64,000 bases of DNA from an uncultured Clostridia bacterium. GTDB taxonomy: Bacteria > Bacillota > Clostridia > Christensenellales > UBA1242. The notes beneath the pieces were generated by a model, which saw only the letters and a program-made list of their open reading frames with translations, was not told where the DNA came from and ran no database searches. How positions within the stretch are numbered: position 1 is the first letter of the stretch; each line of letters starts with the position of its first letter. The DNA lies in the NCBI GenBank assembly GCA_934754445.1, contig CAKVHZ010000002.1, positions 3,585-67,584 on the forward strand, given 5' to 3'. Shown here piece by piece: positions 9,694-19,683 of the stretch. A program made the translations under genes and the position numbers.

Positions 9694-10434
9694 TTATATA
9701 ACTTTAACTAATTCCTTTTTTAGTTTAGAAATTATCTTTTTTTCTATTCTAGAAATATAACTTTGACTAATTCCTAGCATATCGGCAACTTCTTTTTGAG
9801 TTTTTTCTTCATAGTTGTTTAATCCAAACCTTAAGTTTATTATTTCCTTTTCTCTATTATTTAACTTTTCAACAAGTTCAAGTAAAATTTTTTGTTCACA
9901 ACTACTTTCTAAATTTTTAGTAACGCTATCGTTTTCCATGCTTATAACATCGCCTAAAACCAATTCATTTCCATCACCATCAATATTTAAAGGCTCGTCT
10001 AAACTGACTTCTCGTTTTAATTTAACAGTTTTTCTTAAATGCATTAATATTTCATTCTCTATGCACCTACTAGCAAAAGTGGCAAGTTTAATGTTTTTAT
10101 CTATATTAAAATTGTTTATAGCTTTTATTAACCCCAGCGAACCAACTGATACTAAATCTTCTAAACTTTCACCAGTATTTTCAAATCTTTTAGCGATATA
10201 AACAACAAGTCTTAAATTATGTTCAATTAATTTACTTTTAGCCTGCTCTCTTCTCTCGTTATACTCATCACCTATTAAATTAAGTTCCTGAGCATAAAAA
10301 TTTTCTTCTTCACTTGATAGCGGATTAGGTAATGCTTCGTTTTGACAAAGATAATAAATTAAGTCTTCATCTAAACAAAAATTAAAATCAAATATTTTTT
10401 TTAAAATTTTTTTTACTAAAAATGGAATTTTCAT
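9694..10434 (-). CDS. sigE: Sporulation sigma factor SigE (pro-sigma-E)
   Basis: Pro-sequence plus YYLCQNEALPNPLSSEEE, NLRLVVYIAKRFENTG, KLATFASRCIENEILMHLRK. Lies directly downstream of spoIIGA. Confidence 0.88.
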   Translation of the reverse strand: MKIPFLVKKILKKIFDFNFCLDEDLIYYLCQNEALPNPLSSEEENFYAQELNLIGDEYNERREQAKSKLIEHNLRLVVYIAKRFENTGESLEDLVSVGSLGLIKAINNFNIDKNIKLATFASRCIENEILMHLRKTVKLKREVSLDEPLNIDGDGNELVLGDVISMENDSVTKNLESSCEQKILLELVEKLNNREKEIINLRFGLNNYEEKTQKEVADMLGISQSYISRIEKKIISKLKKELVKVI

Positions 10435-10443
10435 AATATTCTC

Positions 10444-11301
10444 CTAAATTAATTTTGAATTTAAAAGTGCGTTATATCCTAAATCGTTAATAAAATTTTT
10501 AAGGGTTAGTCCAATTATTGCATTATTAATTATATTCACACTATTATCTAAATATATCTCTAGTTTCTCTACTTCAATTATCAATATTTTGTTTTTGTTG
10601 TTTCCAATACTTGTAGTTTCAATTATATGAACATTTTTAAAAAATTTATTGAGTTTTGTTTCTTTATTTAAAATAATATCTGTAATAGAAATATCTTTTA
10701 AAACATTTTTTAAACTAGAATAATTAACCACTGTTATTGGTTTTCCTGTTAAACTATCAACAAGTGTATTACCACTATCTAAAAATCCTAAAAGTTCATC
10801 TTTTTCAGCATTGTTTTCTATAACAATTTTATATACATAATTATTTATCTTTTTTCGATTATAAAAATTTTTGAATATGTTTTTTATAACTATCATTATA
10901 AAGAAAGCAATTAATACAATTACTCCTAAAGGTAAAGAATATGTAGTAAAATTATTGATTTTAAAGTTTTTATCAAAATACATTAAAATAAACAAACACG
11001 CCCCGCCATATAAAAATGTTATAAATAAAAATGTTAAATAATATAAAATGTATTCCTTAAATTTTACAAATTTTTTTAAAATAATAACCATAACTAAACT
11101 AAGCAATATTTTAACTAAACTATTAATTATTAAATTAAAGCCAAAAAGGGGCAAAAGTAATGCAACAACACTTCCAAGCAAACTTGATAGCACCATGTTA
11201 ATTTTATTAATTTTAGCCTTTAATATTGCCTTTAAGGTTAAAATTATAAAAAAGTTTATAATAAAATTATCAATTAAAACTTGTTCGATATAAATTATCA
11301 T
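10444..11301 (-). CDS. spoIIGA: Sigma-E processing peptidase SpoIIGA
   Basis: 285 aa. About 5 N-terminal TM segments. GFLDSGNTLVDSLTGKPI (DxGN aspartic protease motif). Adjacent to sigE. Confidence 0.85.
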   Translation of the reverse strand: MIIYIEQVLIDNFIINFFIILTLKAILKAKINKINMVLSSLLGSVVALLLPLFGFNLIINSLVKILLSLVMVIILKKFVKFKEYILYYLTFLFITFLYGGACLFILMYFDKNFKINNFTTYSLPLGVIVLIAFFIMIVIKNIFKNFYNRKKINNYVYKIVIENNAEKDELLGFLDSGNTLVDSLTGKPITVVNYSSLKNVLKDISITDIILNKETKLNKFFKNVHIIETTSIGNNKNKILIIEVEKLEIYLDNSVNIINNAIIGLTLKNFINDLGYNALLNSKLI

Positions 11302-11373
11302 TTCATTTTCTATTTTAAAACATTTATATAAAATAAAAAATAGAGAAAAACTCTAAAAAGGGCTTTTTTTAGC

Positions 11374-11400
11374 AAATAAAAAAGTCCAATAAGGACTTTT
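11374..11400 (-). terminator. Intrinsic terminator
   Basis: AAAGTCC-aataa-GGACTTT hairpin with a U-run on the minus strand, downstream of the 133-aa ORF. Confidence 0.6.
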
Positions 11401-11417
11401 ATTTATTTTAGTAATTA

Positions 11418-11819
11418 TTATATAAAATTTACTTTAAATCTTGCATTTATACTTGCAAGCAACTTTAGTGCATTAGGAGATAAAATTATTTCAGGGACTT
11501 GCTCGTTTTCTCCCTTTTTTATGTATAAATCTAATTGACAATAACCATTATTATCTTTAATTAATTTTAAAATTTGCTCTTCTTTACCTATAAAATGACG
11601 AAGAATTGTAACTACGGCCATCTCCGCTTCTCTATCACTAGCAATATTAGTTGCCAATTGATAATACCCTAATTGTTTAGGATTTGTTAAACTACGAACA
11701 GCATCTTTTTTTAAAACAATTTTATTTGCATTAACACCTATAATTTTGTTTAAAATACTAGGTTCAAAATCACTATCAAAATACATAGTAAAATATGCTT
11801 GACTTTTTGCGTATTTCAT
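11418..11819 (-). CDS. Hypothetical protein (possibly DUF4279-like)
   Basis: 133-aa ORF abutting the ftsZ stop (1-nt gap). Size and the FDSDFEPSILNKIIGV pattern recall DUF4279. Weak call. Confidence 0.3.
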   Translation of the reverse strand: MKYAKSQAYFTMYFDSDFEPSILNKIIGVNANKIVLKKDAVRSLTNPKQLGYYQLATNIASDREAEMAVVTILRHFIGKEEQILKLIKDNNGYCQLDLYIKKGENEQVPEIILSPNALKLLASINARFKVNFI

Positions 11820-11820
11820 A

Positions 11821-13053
11821 TTACTTGCCTTTCATTTTTCGTAAAAAAGGTGGAATATCACTGTCAACCATAATATTTGTATTTGAGTTTACTGGGCTAG
11901 ATGGTTGTTGAGGTTGAACTTGTTGTTCTAGTTCTTCTCTTTTATAAGGATTTTGTCTATTGTTTGTTTGTAATGTGATATTAGGGTTGTTTCTGTTTTG
12001 ATTCATGAATTTTTCATATCTTTCTTTATTTGGGTCAACTTCCCCACGATTTTTACTAAAATCAGCACCATCAAAACCAGTTGCAATTAATGTAATTTCA
12101 ACTTCGTCTTCTTTCTTTTCATCTGTCCAAACACTTGTGCCGAAAATAATATTACAATCTGGGTCAACAACTTGACGAACTTCTTCTACTGCAACATCAA
12201 TTTCATCTAAACTTAAGCAAGCATCGCCTTTAATGTTTAATAAAACACCAGTAGCACCACTAATATCGGTTTCTAAAAGTGGACTATAAACTGCATTTTT
12301 AACTGCTTCTTGAACTTTATTTTCGCCAGTGGCTGTTCCTATACCCATGTGAGCAAAACCTTTATTTTTCATAACTGTTCTTACATCGGCAAAATCTAGG
12401 TTAATTAAACTTGGTTCAATAATTAAGTTTGTAATACCTTGAATACCTTGTCTTAAAACATCGTCTGCATATCTAAAAGCTTCTAGCATAGAAAATTTTT
12501 CTTGCATTTGTAATAATTTTTGGTTAGGAATAACAACTAAAGTATCAACAAATTTCTTTAAATTATCAATACCTTTTTCGGCTTGTAACATTCTTCTATT
12601 ACCTTCAAAACGGAAAGGTTTTGTTACAACAGCAACAGTTAAAATTCCCATTTCTTTAGCAATTTGTGCTACAACTGGGGCCGCACCAGTTCCTGTGCCA
12701 CCGCCCATACCAGCAGTAATAAATACTAGGTCAGCTCCTTCTAAGGCTTCTTTAATAGTTTGCTTGCTTTCTTCAGCAGATTTCATACCTACTTCTGGGT
12801 CTGCACCTGCTCCTAAACCTTTTGTTAATTTTTCACCAATTTGAATACGAGTTTCAGCAGAACTTGTATATAATGCTTGTTTATCTGTATTAACGGCGAT
12901 AAATTCTGGCCCAACAAAACCGAAACCAATCATTCTATTTACTGCGTTACAACCGCCACCACCAACGCCTATAACTTTAATTTTTGCAACAGGAATAATT
13001 TGATTTCCTACCATTTTAGGCATTTGTTGTTCATAATTTTCTTCTTCAAACAT
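11821..13053 (-). CDS. ftsZ: Cell division protein FtsZ
   Basis: [30 protein letters not shown]-terminal DIPPFLRK peptide after a Q/N/P-rich linker. Confidence 0.97.
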   Translation of the reverse strand: MFEEENYEQQMPKMVGNQIIPVAKIKVIGVGGGGCNAVNRMIGFGFVGPEFIAVNTDKQALYTSSAETRIQIGEKLTKGLGAGADPEVGMKSAEESKQTIKEALEGADLVFITAGMGGGTGTGAAPVVAQIAKEMGILTVAVVTKPFRFEGNRRMLQAEKGIDNLKKFVDTLVVIPNQKLLQMQEKFSMLEAFRYADDVLRQGIQGITNLIIEPSLINLDFADVRTVMKNKGFAHMGIGTATGENKVQEAVKNAVYSPLLETDISGATGVLLNIKGDACLSLDEIDVAVEEVRQVVDPDCNIIFGTSVWTDEKKEDEVEITLIATGFDGADFSKNRGEVDPNKERYEKFMNQNRNNPNITLQTNNRQNPYKREELEQQVQPQQPSSPVNSNTNIMVDSDIPPFLRKMKGK

Positions 13054-13067
13054 AACTAAAATCTCCT

Positions 13068-14228
13068 TTATTTTTTAAACAATCTTTGAAATAAACTTTT
13101 TTTAATGTTCTTTTCTTGAGTTAATGCAATATCAAGCAAAGATAATAAACTAGAATAATGTGGTCTATTTAATTGTGGAACAGTTGGGGCAATGAATTCT
13201 AAATTTCTACCCATTTGTTTACTTAAATAGTCTTTTGCTCCTTTTAAGTAATTTAATCCGCCACCTGTAATAAGTATAGGTATAAACGGCTTATTTTGCA
13301 AGTTAAATTCAGTAGAATTTAAAATTTTATTAAAAATATTGCTAAACATTTCAAGTCTTGCAAGTATTATTTCATTTACAAACTTTGCTGAAATTGGTTG
13401 TAAAGAGCCATTAACATTTGCTTCATAAAAGTCGTTGTCTGTAGCATTTAAACTTAAAACTACTTTTCGTTTTAGATTTTCTGCCTGGCTAAAACTTAAA
13501 TTTAACACTTGGCATAAATCTCCAGTTATATGCCCCCCACCCATTGAAAAGGCCTTCATACAAAGTAATCCATCGCCTTTAACTAAACTAACACTAGTAG
13601 TAATATAGCCACTATCAATTAAAATTAAGCCACTATCTCTTACTTCAGGTTCAGTTAAATATAATGCTTCTGCTAAACTTGAAGAAATAAAATCTATTTC
13701 ATAAATTCTTGCTTCATTAAGTATATTGGTAATTAAATTTATAAATTTTTTATCGGTTATTATGTAAGAAATTAAAACATTTAATTTGCTAGTAACTTCC
13801 CCTACAGGATTTAAAACTTTTCGATTATCATCTAAAATAAAATAAATAGGACTACGATTTATAACATAACTATTTTCATCAAAATTTTGACTAGATTCAA
13901 AAATCTCAAAAACATCACTATCTTTTAATTTTTTTCGTTTAGGAAAAGTGGCATTTACTTCTTTGGTAATACAGTAAGAAAATTCACTAGGAACACCCAC
14001 ATAAACCTTTTTTATGTTATACCTTAAATTCTCTCCTGCCTTTTTTACAGCATTAATAATGGCATTTTTTAAACTGTCTTCGCTAAAAAACTCTCCACCA
14101 CTAAAACCATCATAATTTTCTTCTGCACTTGATTTAATGTTGAAAGTGTTGTTAATTCCTTTTTCTGCAATCATCACTGAAATTTTAGATGAACCAATAT
14201 CTAAAACTGCAGTCTCCCCATGTCCCAT
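13068..14228 (-). CDS. ftsA: Cell division protein FtsA
   Basis: [39 protein letters not shown]. The second ATG (14228) has the better AGGTG spacing than ATG 14231. Confidence 0.9.
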   Translation of the reverse strand: MGHGETAVLDIGSSKISVMIAEKGINNTFNIKSSAEENYDGFSGGEFFSEDSLKNAIINAVKKAGENLRYNIKKVYVGVPSEFSYCITKEVNATFPKRKKLKDSDVFEIFESSQNFDENSYVINRSPIYFILDDNRKVLNPVGEVTSKLNVLISYIITDKKFINLITNILNEARIYEIDFISSSLAEALYLTEPEVRDSGLILIDSGYITTSVSLVKGDGLLCMKAFSMGGGHITGDLCQVLNLSFSQAENLKRKVVLSLNATDNDFYEANVNGSLQPISAKFVNEIILARLEMFSNIFNKILNSTEFNLQNKPFIPILITGGGLNYLKGAKDYLSKQMGRNLEFIAPTVPQLNRPHYSSLLSLLDIALTQEKNIKKSLFQRLFKK

Positions 14229-14241
14229 CATATCACCTATT

Positions 14242-14270
14242 ATTATATTAAAATTTCAATTTTAAGTCAA
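14242..14270 (-). promoter_or_regulatory. Candidate sigma-A promoter upstream of ftsA
   Basis: TTGACT (14270-14265), 17 nt, TATAAT (14247-14242). The -10 ends only ~10 nt before the ATG, so the SD would be at or upstream of the TSS. Confidence 0.35.
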
Positions 14271-14427
14271 CATTAAAAATGTGTTTTTATGGCATTTTTT
14301 GGTAAACTTACATAATGATTATAATATATCAAAAAAAATTATGCAAGTATTTTTAGAAAAAATTTATAAAAATTAATTTTACTGCATAAATATTAAATTT
14401 AAAAAACACCCAATCAAGTGAGTGTTT

Positions 14428-15204
14428 TTAAGTATAATAGGCTTCAATTAATCCTACATTATTTTCAAAAGCCGTTATTTTTCCTTTTGTTTTATCTGGT
14501 TTTTGATTATATGTTGATAATGCCAACATAAATTTTTCAGTAAGTCTGTTCTCTGCGTCTTTTAATATTATTTCTGTTCCGCTACGCATTTTTATTTGAA
14601 CATCATTTTTCCCGCTATAGTTTAAGGTGATTTCATTAAAATTTGCTTTTAAAATTAAAACATTATCGTTATAGGCTAAAAGTTCTATTGCTAGTTTTTT
14701 TAGTAATGAGTTATATTGAGAATTTAAAGTTTGTCCCGCCAATACTTTATTGTTAAATTCATTTTCTATATTTACTAATATAGCGTTATTATGATTATTT
14801 TCATAAGATATATCATTTTTTAAAACTTTTAACTCGTCATCTAAAATCATATATCCATTTAGTGTATTATTTTCATAACTTTTTATTGCAAACAGTTCGT
14901 TTCTCTCAATGCAATTTATTGTTAGTTTATTAGGAAAATTTGTTTCTATATTTATTACTTTAATGTATGGATTTGCTTCTTCTATATTTTTTTTATACTT
15001 ATTTTTATTTGTAAAAAAAATACTAGCATTATACTTAAACTTTCCGCTTTCAATAATTTCACTTTCTTTATCGGTTAAATTAATTGTATTTGAATAAAAA
15101 CTAACTTCAACCGTTTTCAAGCAAAAAATTGTGCTTGATAAAATAACTAAAAGCACAATGAATGCCAAAACTGATAAAATAATAACTAAACTTTTGTTCT
15201 TCAT
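14428..15204 (-). CDS. divIB: Cell division protein FtsQ/DivIB
   Basis: 258 aa. One N-terminal TM (LVIILSVLAFIVLLVILSSTIF) plus an extracytoplasmic POTRA-like region. murA-ftsQ-ftsA-ftsZ context. Confidence 0.7.
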   Translation of the reverse strand: MKNKSLVIILSVLAFIVLLVILSSTIFCLKTVEVSFYSNTINLTDKESEIIESGKFKYNASIFFTNKNKYKKNIEEANPYIKVINIETNFPNKLTINCIERNELFAIKSYENNTLNGYMILDDELKVLKNDISYENNHNNAILVNIENEFNNKVLAGQTLNSQYNSLLKKLAIELLAYNDNVLILKANFNEITLNYSGKNDVQIKMRSGTEIILKDAENRLTEKFMLALSTYNQKPDKTKGKITAFENNVGLIEAYYT

Positions 15205-15206
15205 TT

Positions 15207-16463
15207 TTACTCTATTAATTTTATATTTGCATTAATACTGTTTAATTCTTCCATTAAGTTTTCATAGCCCCTATTTATATGATTTACACCATCAACAATA
15301 GTGTATCCATTTGCTTTTAATCCAGCTAAAACTAAACTTGCCCCAGCTCTTAAATCGGTTGCCATAACTTCTGCACCACTTAAAGACTTAACACCTTTAA
15401 TAATAGCCAAAGAATCTTTAACAGTAATATCTGCACCCATTTTGATTAATTCCGGAATATGTTTAAATCTTGTTTCAAACAAATTTTCAGTTACTAAACT
15501 TGTGCCATCACAAACCGAAAGAAAACTAACTAATTGTGGTTGCAAATCGGTTGGAAACCCTGGATATGGCATAGTTTCTATTTTTAAACAAGGCATACGA
15601 GAATTAACCTTTAAATGTATTTTATCATCTTTTATATCTAAATTGCAAGCACTATTTTTAATTTTTGAGATTAAACTATATAAATGTTCACTATTAATAT
15701 TACAAATTTCTACATCTCCGCCTGTAATGCAAGTAGCAAGCAAATATGTTCCAGCAATAATTCTATCGCTTATTGGCTTATACTCCGTAAATTTTGAAAA
15801 CTTAACATCAGTTCCATCAATAATTATAGTGCTACCACCTGCCCCCGCAATTTTTGCACCCATTTTGTTTAAAAAATTGGCTAAATCAACAATTTCAGGT
15901 TCTCTTGCACTATTAAAAATTCGTGTTACACCTTTTACATTAACACTTGCCATAATTAAATTTTCAGTTGCTCCTACACTAGGAAAATCTAAATGTATAT
16001 CTCCACTTTTTATATTACTAGCATCGCAATCTATGTAACCATGTTCTTCAGTTATTTTTACATTTAGTTCCCTTAAACCTTTTAAATGTAAATCGATTGG
16101 TCTATTCCCTATGTTACAACCACCGGGAAAAGAAATTTTTGCTTTTTTAAATTTAGCAAGCATTGGCCCTAACATAAAAATAGATGACCTAATTTCTTTA
16201 GTCAAATAGTTTGGTATGAAATATGTATTTAAGTTTTCGGTATTAATTATAGTTTTATTATCTTGCTTTGTTATTTTACAGCCTAAATGAATTAAAATTT
16301 TTTCCATATTTAAAACATCTGTAAAATTAGGTAAATCATCTAAAACAACTTCTTTTTCAGATAGTATCGCTCCAGCAAGTATTGGAAGTGTTGCGTTTTT
16401 GCTTGTAGAAACCTTTATACTTCCCTTTAATTCGTTTCCACCAAAAATCTTATATTTACTCAT
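15207..16463 (-). CDS. murA: UDP-N-acetylglucosamine 1-carboxyvinyltransferase MurA
   Basis: SKNATLPILAGAIL. Active-site loop FPGGCNIGNRPIDLHL. 418 aa. Confidence 0.95.
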   Translation of the reverse strand: MSKYKIFGGNELKGSIKVSTSKNATLPILAGAILSEKEVVLDDLPNFTDVLNMEKILIHLGCKITKQDNKTIINTENLNTYFIPNYLTKEIRSSIFMLGPMLAKFKKAKISFPGGCNIGNRPIDLHLKGLRELNVKITEEHGYIDCDASNIKSGDIHLDFPSVGATENLIMASVNVKGVTRIFNSAREPEIVDLANFLNKMGAKIAGAGGSTIIIDGTDVKFSKFTEYKPISDRIIAGTYLLATCITGGDVEICNINSEHLYSLISKIKNSACNLDIKDDKIHLKVNSRMPCLKIETMPYPGFPTDLQPQLVSFLSVCDGTSLVTENLFETRFKHIPELIKMGADITVKDSLAIIKGVKSLSGAEVMATDLRAGASLVLAGLKANGYTIVDGVNHINRGYENLMEELNSINANIKLIE

Positions 16464-16563
16464 ATCTTAGTGTATGAAAAAGCATATAAATTTGTGTTAA
16501 ACAAAAAACAATGTTGTTATGTTTATACAAAAAATTGAATATATATTCATTTTCTTTTTTCTG

Positions 16564-16592
16564 TTGACAATAAAAGAAAAATAATATATAAT
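16564..16592 (+). promoter_or_regulatory. Candidate sigma-A promoter
   Basis: TTGACA (16564-16569), 17 nt, TATAAT (16587-16592), then AAGGAGA SD and ATG 16618. Confidence 0.55.
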
Positions 16593-16617
16593 AATAACAA
16601 TTAATAAGGAGAAAAGT

Positions 16618-16953
16618 ATGTTTGTAGAAAAAATTAACATTAATGATATTGAAAAAATTGCAAAAAAATTTGATGTAAGTGTTGTTTCTTTTGAAGAGCA
16701 AATCAATCCGGAAACTAAAAATAAAGAACTTGTAGTTGAATTTTTTAATGGTGCCATGGGACCACAACCTCTATTCATTTTTAGTGACTTTAATGCAAAA
16801 AGTTATGATAGTTACTATAAAACTTTTGACCCAGTTATGGAGAGAGAATGGAGAAAACTTTTATACAATAAATTTGGTCAAGAATATCTAACTGCTCTTT
16901 CTAATTATTTTAATAACTTATCAGATGAAGCAATTAACGATTTAATGTTATAA
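16618..16953 (+). CDS. Hypothetical protein
   Basis: 111-aa ORF with a consensus promoter, an SD and a terminator. No family recognised. Confidence 0.6.
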   Translation: MFVEKININDIEKIAKKFDVSVVSFEEQINPETKNKELVVEFFNGAMGPQPLFIFSDFNAKSYDSYYKTFDPVMEREWRKLLYNKFGQEYLTALSNYFNNLSDEAINDLML

Positions 16954-16980
16954 AAAATAGCGAATACTCGCTATTTTTTA
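16952..16980. terminator. Bidirectional terminator (16618 ORF / feoB)
   Basis: ATAGCG-aatact-CGCTAT hairpin flanked by an A-run and a T-run. Confidence 0.7.
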
Positions 16981-19083
16981 TTTGCATTTTTTACACTTGT
17001 TACAACTAAAACAACAAATTTTAGGTTTTTTAATAAGTTTAAATATAAAGTAAATTGATGCTACTATTAGCATAAAAATTGCTAAACTTAATATTATTGA
17101 AATAAAATTTAAACCATTAAATAAAAGTAATAATCTATAGAAAATAAAAGTAACAAGATAAGAAGTAACTAATTGTATAATTATACAAACAAAAGTCCAT
17201 TTTTTACCTATTTCTTTAAAGTAAACACTTATAGTTGCCATGCATGGCATATATAGAAGAGAAAATACTAAAAAACTAAAAGCACTAATTGGAGTAAAAT
17301 GAATAGGACTATTTATATCTAAAAAACTTTTACTTAATTCACTTACTTCCCCGCTTAAATTTACATTATTAATAATTGCCATTGTAGAAACTATAATTTC
17401 TTTTGCAACAATTCCGCAAATTAATGCCGATACACAGCCACTAGTTCCAAAGCCTAAAGGTTTAAAAATAGGTGCTAAAAAGTTACCCAGCCAAGATAAA
17501 ATACTCGTTTGAGTTAAAGGGTCATCAATAAATTTAAAGTTTATTGAAATACTCTGTAAAAGCCAAATTATTATTGAAAAAGTGAATAAAACTCCAGAAA
17601 CACGCACAAAGAAATCTTTAACATTAAATAAAATTAATTTTAATATTCTTTTAAAATTAGGAAATCTTAATGCTGGCATTTCCATAATAAAACTATCGGT
17701 TTTGCTCTTTAAAATTGTTTTTTCTAAAACAATGCTAATTATTAAAGATATTAACACTCCTAGAAGATATAAGAAGAAAATGATTAAAATATTGTTATTG
17801 AAAAAAGCCCCTAAAATAACACTATAGAGTGGAATTTTTGCCGTGCAACTCATATAACTACAAAGCATTGCTGTTTTTATTTTGCTATTTTTATCTTCTA
17901 GCGTTCTACTTGTTAAAACTGCTGTAGTATTACAACCAAAGCCCATAAGTAAAGTAAAAACACTTCTTCCACTTAATCCTACTTTACTAAAAATATCTTC
18001 AAACACAAAAGCAAGCCTGCTTAAATAACCCGTATCTTCTAGTATTGATAAAAACAAAAATAGCAATACTATTTGTGGCAAAAAACTAGAAAGTGTGGTA
18101 AATACAGTCAATATTCCGTTTTCAAAAAAACTTATTATAAAACTCGAACTTGTAATTTTATTTAATAAATTTAGTATAGGAGTGTTTATAATCTTTTCAA
18201 TAAAATTAGTTAAAGTTTCACTAAAAAATGCACCTACACTATTAAAAGTTAAATAAAAAATCAATAAAACAACGCCTAAGAAAATTGGTAGTGCCAAAAA
18301 TTTGTTTAATAATATTTTATCTAAAAAGTTATATCCATAAATTTTGTTTGATTTTTTAATCACACACTCTTTTATTATTTTATTGATAAAATCATATCTT
18401 AAAGAAATAACCTTTTCTTTTAAATTATAGTTTTTTAATTTATTTTTTTGATTTTCAGTAAGTTTTAAACTATTTATTATATACTCATCTTGCTCTAAAA
18501 CCTTTAAACTAATATAATTATCGTTAAGGGTTAAATTTTTTATATTATCCCCTAGTATATTTTTTATTTCTTTTATAGGTAATTCTTTTAAATATGGTGC
18601 ATTAAAATTATTTTTAAAATCATTATCTATTAATTTAATAGTTTCTTTCTTGTTTTGTGCATTAAACAAAACTACATTTGTCCCAAGAAAATTTGATAAT
18701 TTATTAGTATCTATTTCAGTTTTTGTCTTTTTTAATTCATTTGCAAAATTAACACAAACCTTAATATTTTTACCTAGTTCTAATAACTGAAGGGTTAAAT
18801 ATAAGTTTCTAGTTAAATTATTAGCATCTAGTAAATTAATTATATTATCATTATGAGAATAAATGTAATCTCTTGCTATTTCTTCTTCAAAAGTGTAACA
18901 TGATAACGAATACAAACCTGGCAAGTCCACCACAATATTATCTTGACCATTTAATTTATAATTTTTTTCTAAATAATCAACTGTAACTCCGTGCCAATTG
19001 CCCACATGTTCATTACTTAATGTTAGTGAATTTAAAAAAGTAGTTTTCCCTACATTAGGATTACCACATAATATATGCTTCAT
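16978..19083 (-). CDS. feoB: Ferrous iron transporter FeoB with a fused C-terminal Cys-rich TM module
   Basis: GNPNVGKTTFLNSLT (G1), DLPGLYS (G3), polytopic permease domain. Ends ...IILSLAIFMLIVASIYFIFKLIKKPKICCFSCNKCKKCK. Confidence 0.93.
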   Translation of the reverse strand: MKHILCGNPNVGKTTFLNSLTLSNEHVGNWHGVTVDYLEKNYKLNGQDNIVVDLPGLYSLSCYTFEEEIARDYIYSHNDNIINLLDANNLTRNLYLTLQLLELGKNIKVCVNFANELKKTKTEIDTNKLSNFLGTNVVLFNAQNKKETIKLIDNDFKNNFNAPYLKELPIKEIKNILGDNIKNLTLNDNYISLKVLEQDEYIINSLKLTENQKNKLKNYNLKEKVISLRYDFINKIIKECVIKKSNKIYGYNFLDKILLNKFLALPIFLGVVLLIFYLTFNSVGAFFSETLTNFIEKIINTPILNLLNKITSSSFIISFFENGILTVFTTLSSFLPQIVLLFLFLSILEDTGYLSRLAFVFEDIFSKVGLSGRSVFTLLMGFGCNTTAVLTSRTLEDKNSKIKTAMLCSYMSCTAKIPLYSVILGAFFNNNILIIFFLYLLGVLISLIISIVLEKTILKSKTDSFIMEMPALRFPNFKRILKLILFNVKDFFVRVSGVLFTFSIIIWLLQSISINFKFIDDPLTQTSILSWLGNFLAPIFKPLGFGTSGCVSALICGIVAKEIIVSTMAIINNVNLSGEVSELSKSFLDINSPIHFTPISAFSFLVFSLLYMPCMATISVYFKEIGKKWTFVCIIIQLVTSYLVTFIFYRLLLLFNGLNFISIILSLAIFMLIVASIYFIFKLIKKPKICCFSCNKCKKCK

Positions 19084-19334
19084 AGACTTTTCTCCTTACT
19101 AGGAGTAATTTCTATTAGTTTTATAACACCCCTTCTTAGTGCCAAAATATAACCACGAATTTCAACTAAATAACTATTTTTTAAACTAGATATATTTAAT
19201 ACTCTAACTAAAGTCCCCTTAGTAAAACCCAATTCTAAAAGTCTAGTTTTTAACTTTAAATTGCCATTAACACTAGTTATATATCCCGTTTCTCCCACTT
19301 TTAAATTTGATAAATTTATTACATTATTCTGCAT
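19080..19334 (-). CDS. feoA: FeoA-family iron transport protein
   Basis: 84 aa, LKVGETGYITSV...RLLELGFTKGTLV. 4-nt overlap with feoB. Confidence 0.85.
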   Translation of the reverse strand: MQNNVINLSNLKVGETGYITSVNGNLKLKTRLLELGFTKGTLVRVLNISSLKNSYLVEIRGYILALRRGVIKLIEITPSKEKSL

Positions 19335-19443
19335 AAACTAACATATTACTTTTTCTTAGAAATTATGATATTTTGATAATAAAATATTGGTTAAATATAC
19401 CAAAAAAAATATAAATAAAAATTATTCAAAAATACAAACTAAT

Positions 19444-19467
19444 ATTGTAAAGAAAAATCTTTACAAT
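19444..19467. promoter_or_regulatory. Perfect 10-4-10 inverted repeat (candidate operator or 5' hairpin)
   Basis: ATTGTAAAGA-aaaa-TCTTTACAAT, ending 5 nt before the AGGAGGTG SD of the 19489 ORF. Confidence 0.4.
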
Positions 19468-19488
19468 TTATAGGAGGTGAAAACTATT

Positions 19489-19677
19489 ATGATTAGAAGA
19501 AAAAATGCAGAAACAAGAAACTGCTCTAATTGCGGTTGCGACCATTGCGATCGTTGTGGTGGAAAAAGCAAAACTGCTACTAAATCAAATCAAGTAGAAA
19601 CTGCTAGAAGTGCTGGTAAAAGAGCAAAAACTACAACTTCAAGAGCAAAAACTACTAGAAGTAAAAATAGTAAATAG
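19489..19677 (+). CDS. Small basic Cys-rich protein (62 aa), no family recognised
   Basis: AGGAGGTG SD (19473-19480) 8 nt before ATG 19489. MIRRKNAETRNCSNCGCDHCDRCGGKSKTATKSNQVETARSAGKRAKTTTSRAKTTRSKNSK. Hairpin terminator follows. Confidence 0.65.
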   Translation: MIRRKNAETRNCSNCGCDHCDRCGGKSKTATKSNQVETARSAGKRAKTTTSRAKTTRSKNSK

Positions 19678-19683
19678 TTTTCA

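Noticed and set aside
15301-16038. 245-aa plus-strand ORF antisense to murA.
   Set aside because: murA is unambiguous on the minus strand. The antisense product has no recognisable motifs and no SD.
16456-16778. Minus-strand ORFs 16456..16767 and 16497..16778 overlapping the murA promoter region and the 16618 ORF.
   Set aside because: They run through a consensus plus-strand promoter/SD and are antisense to an ORF that has a promoter, an SD and a terminator. The products are implausible, F/I/N-rich sequences.
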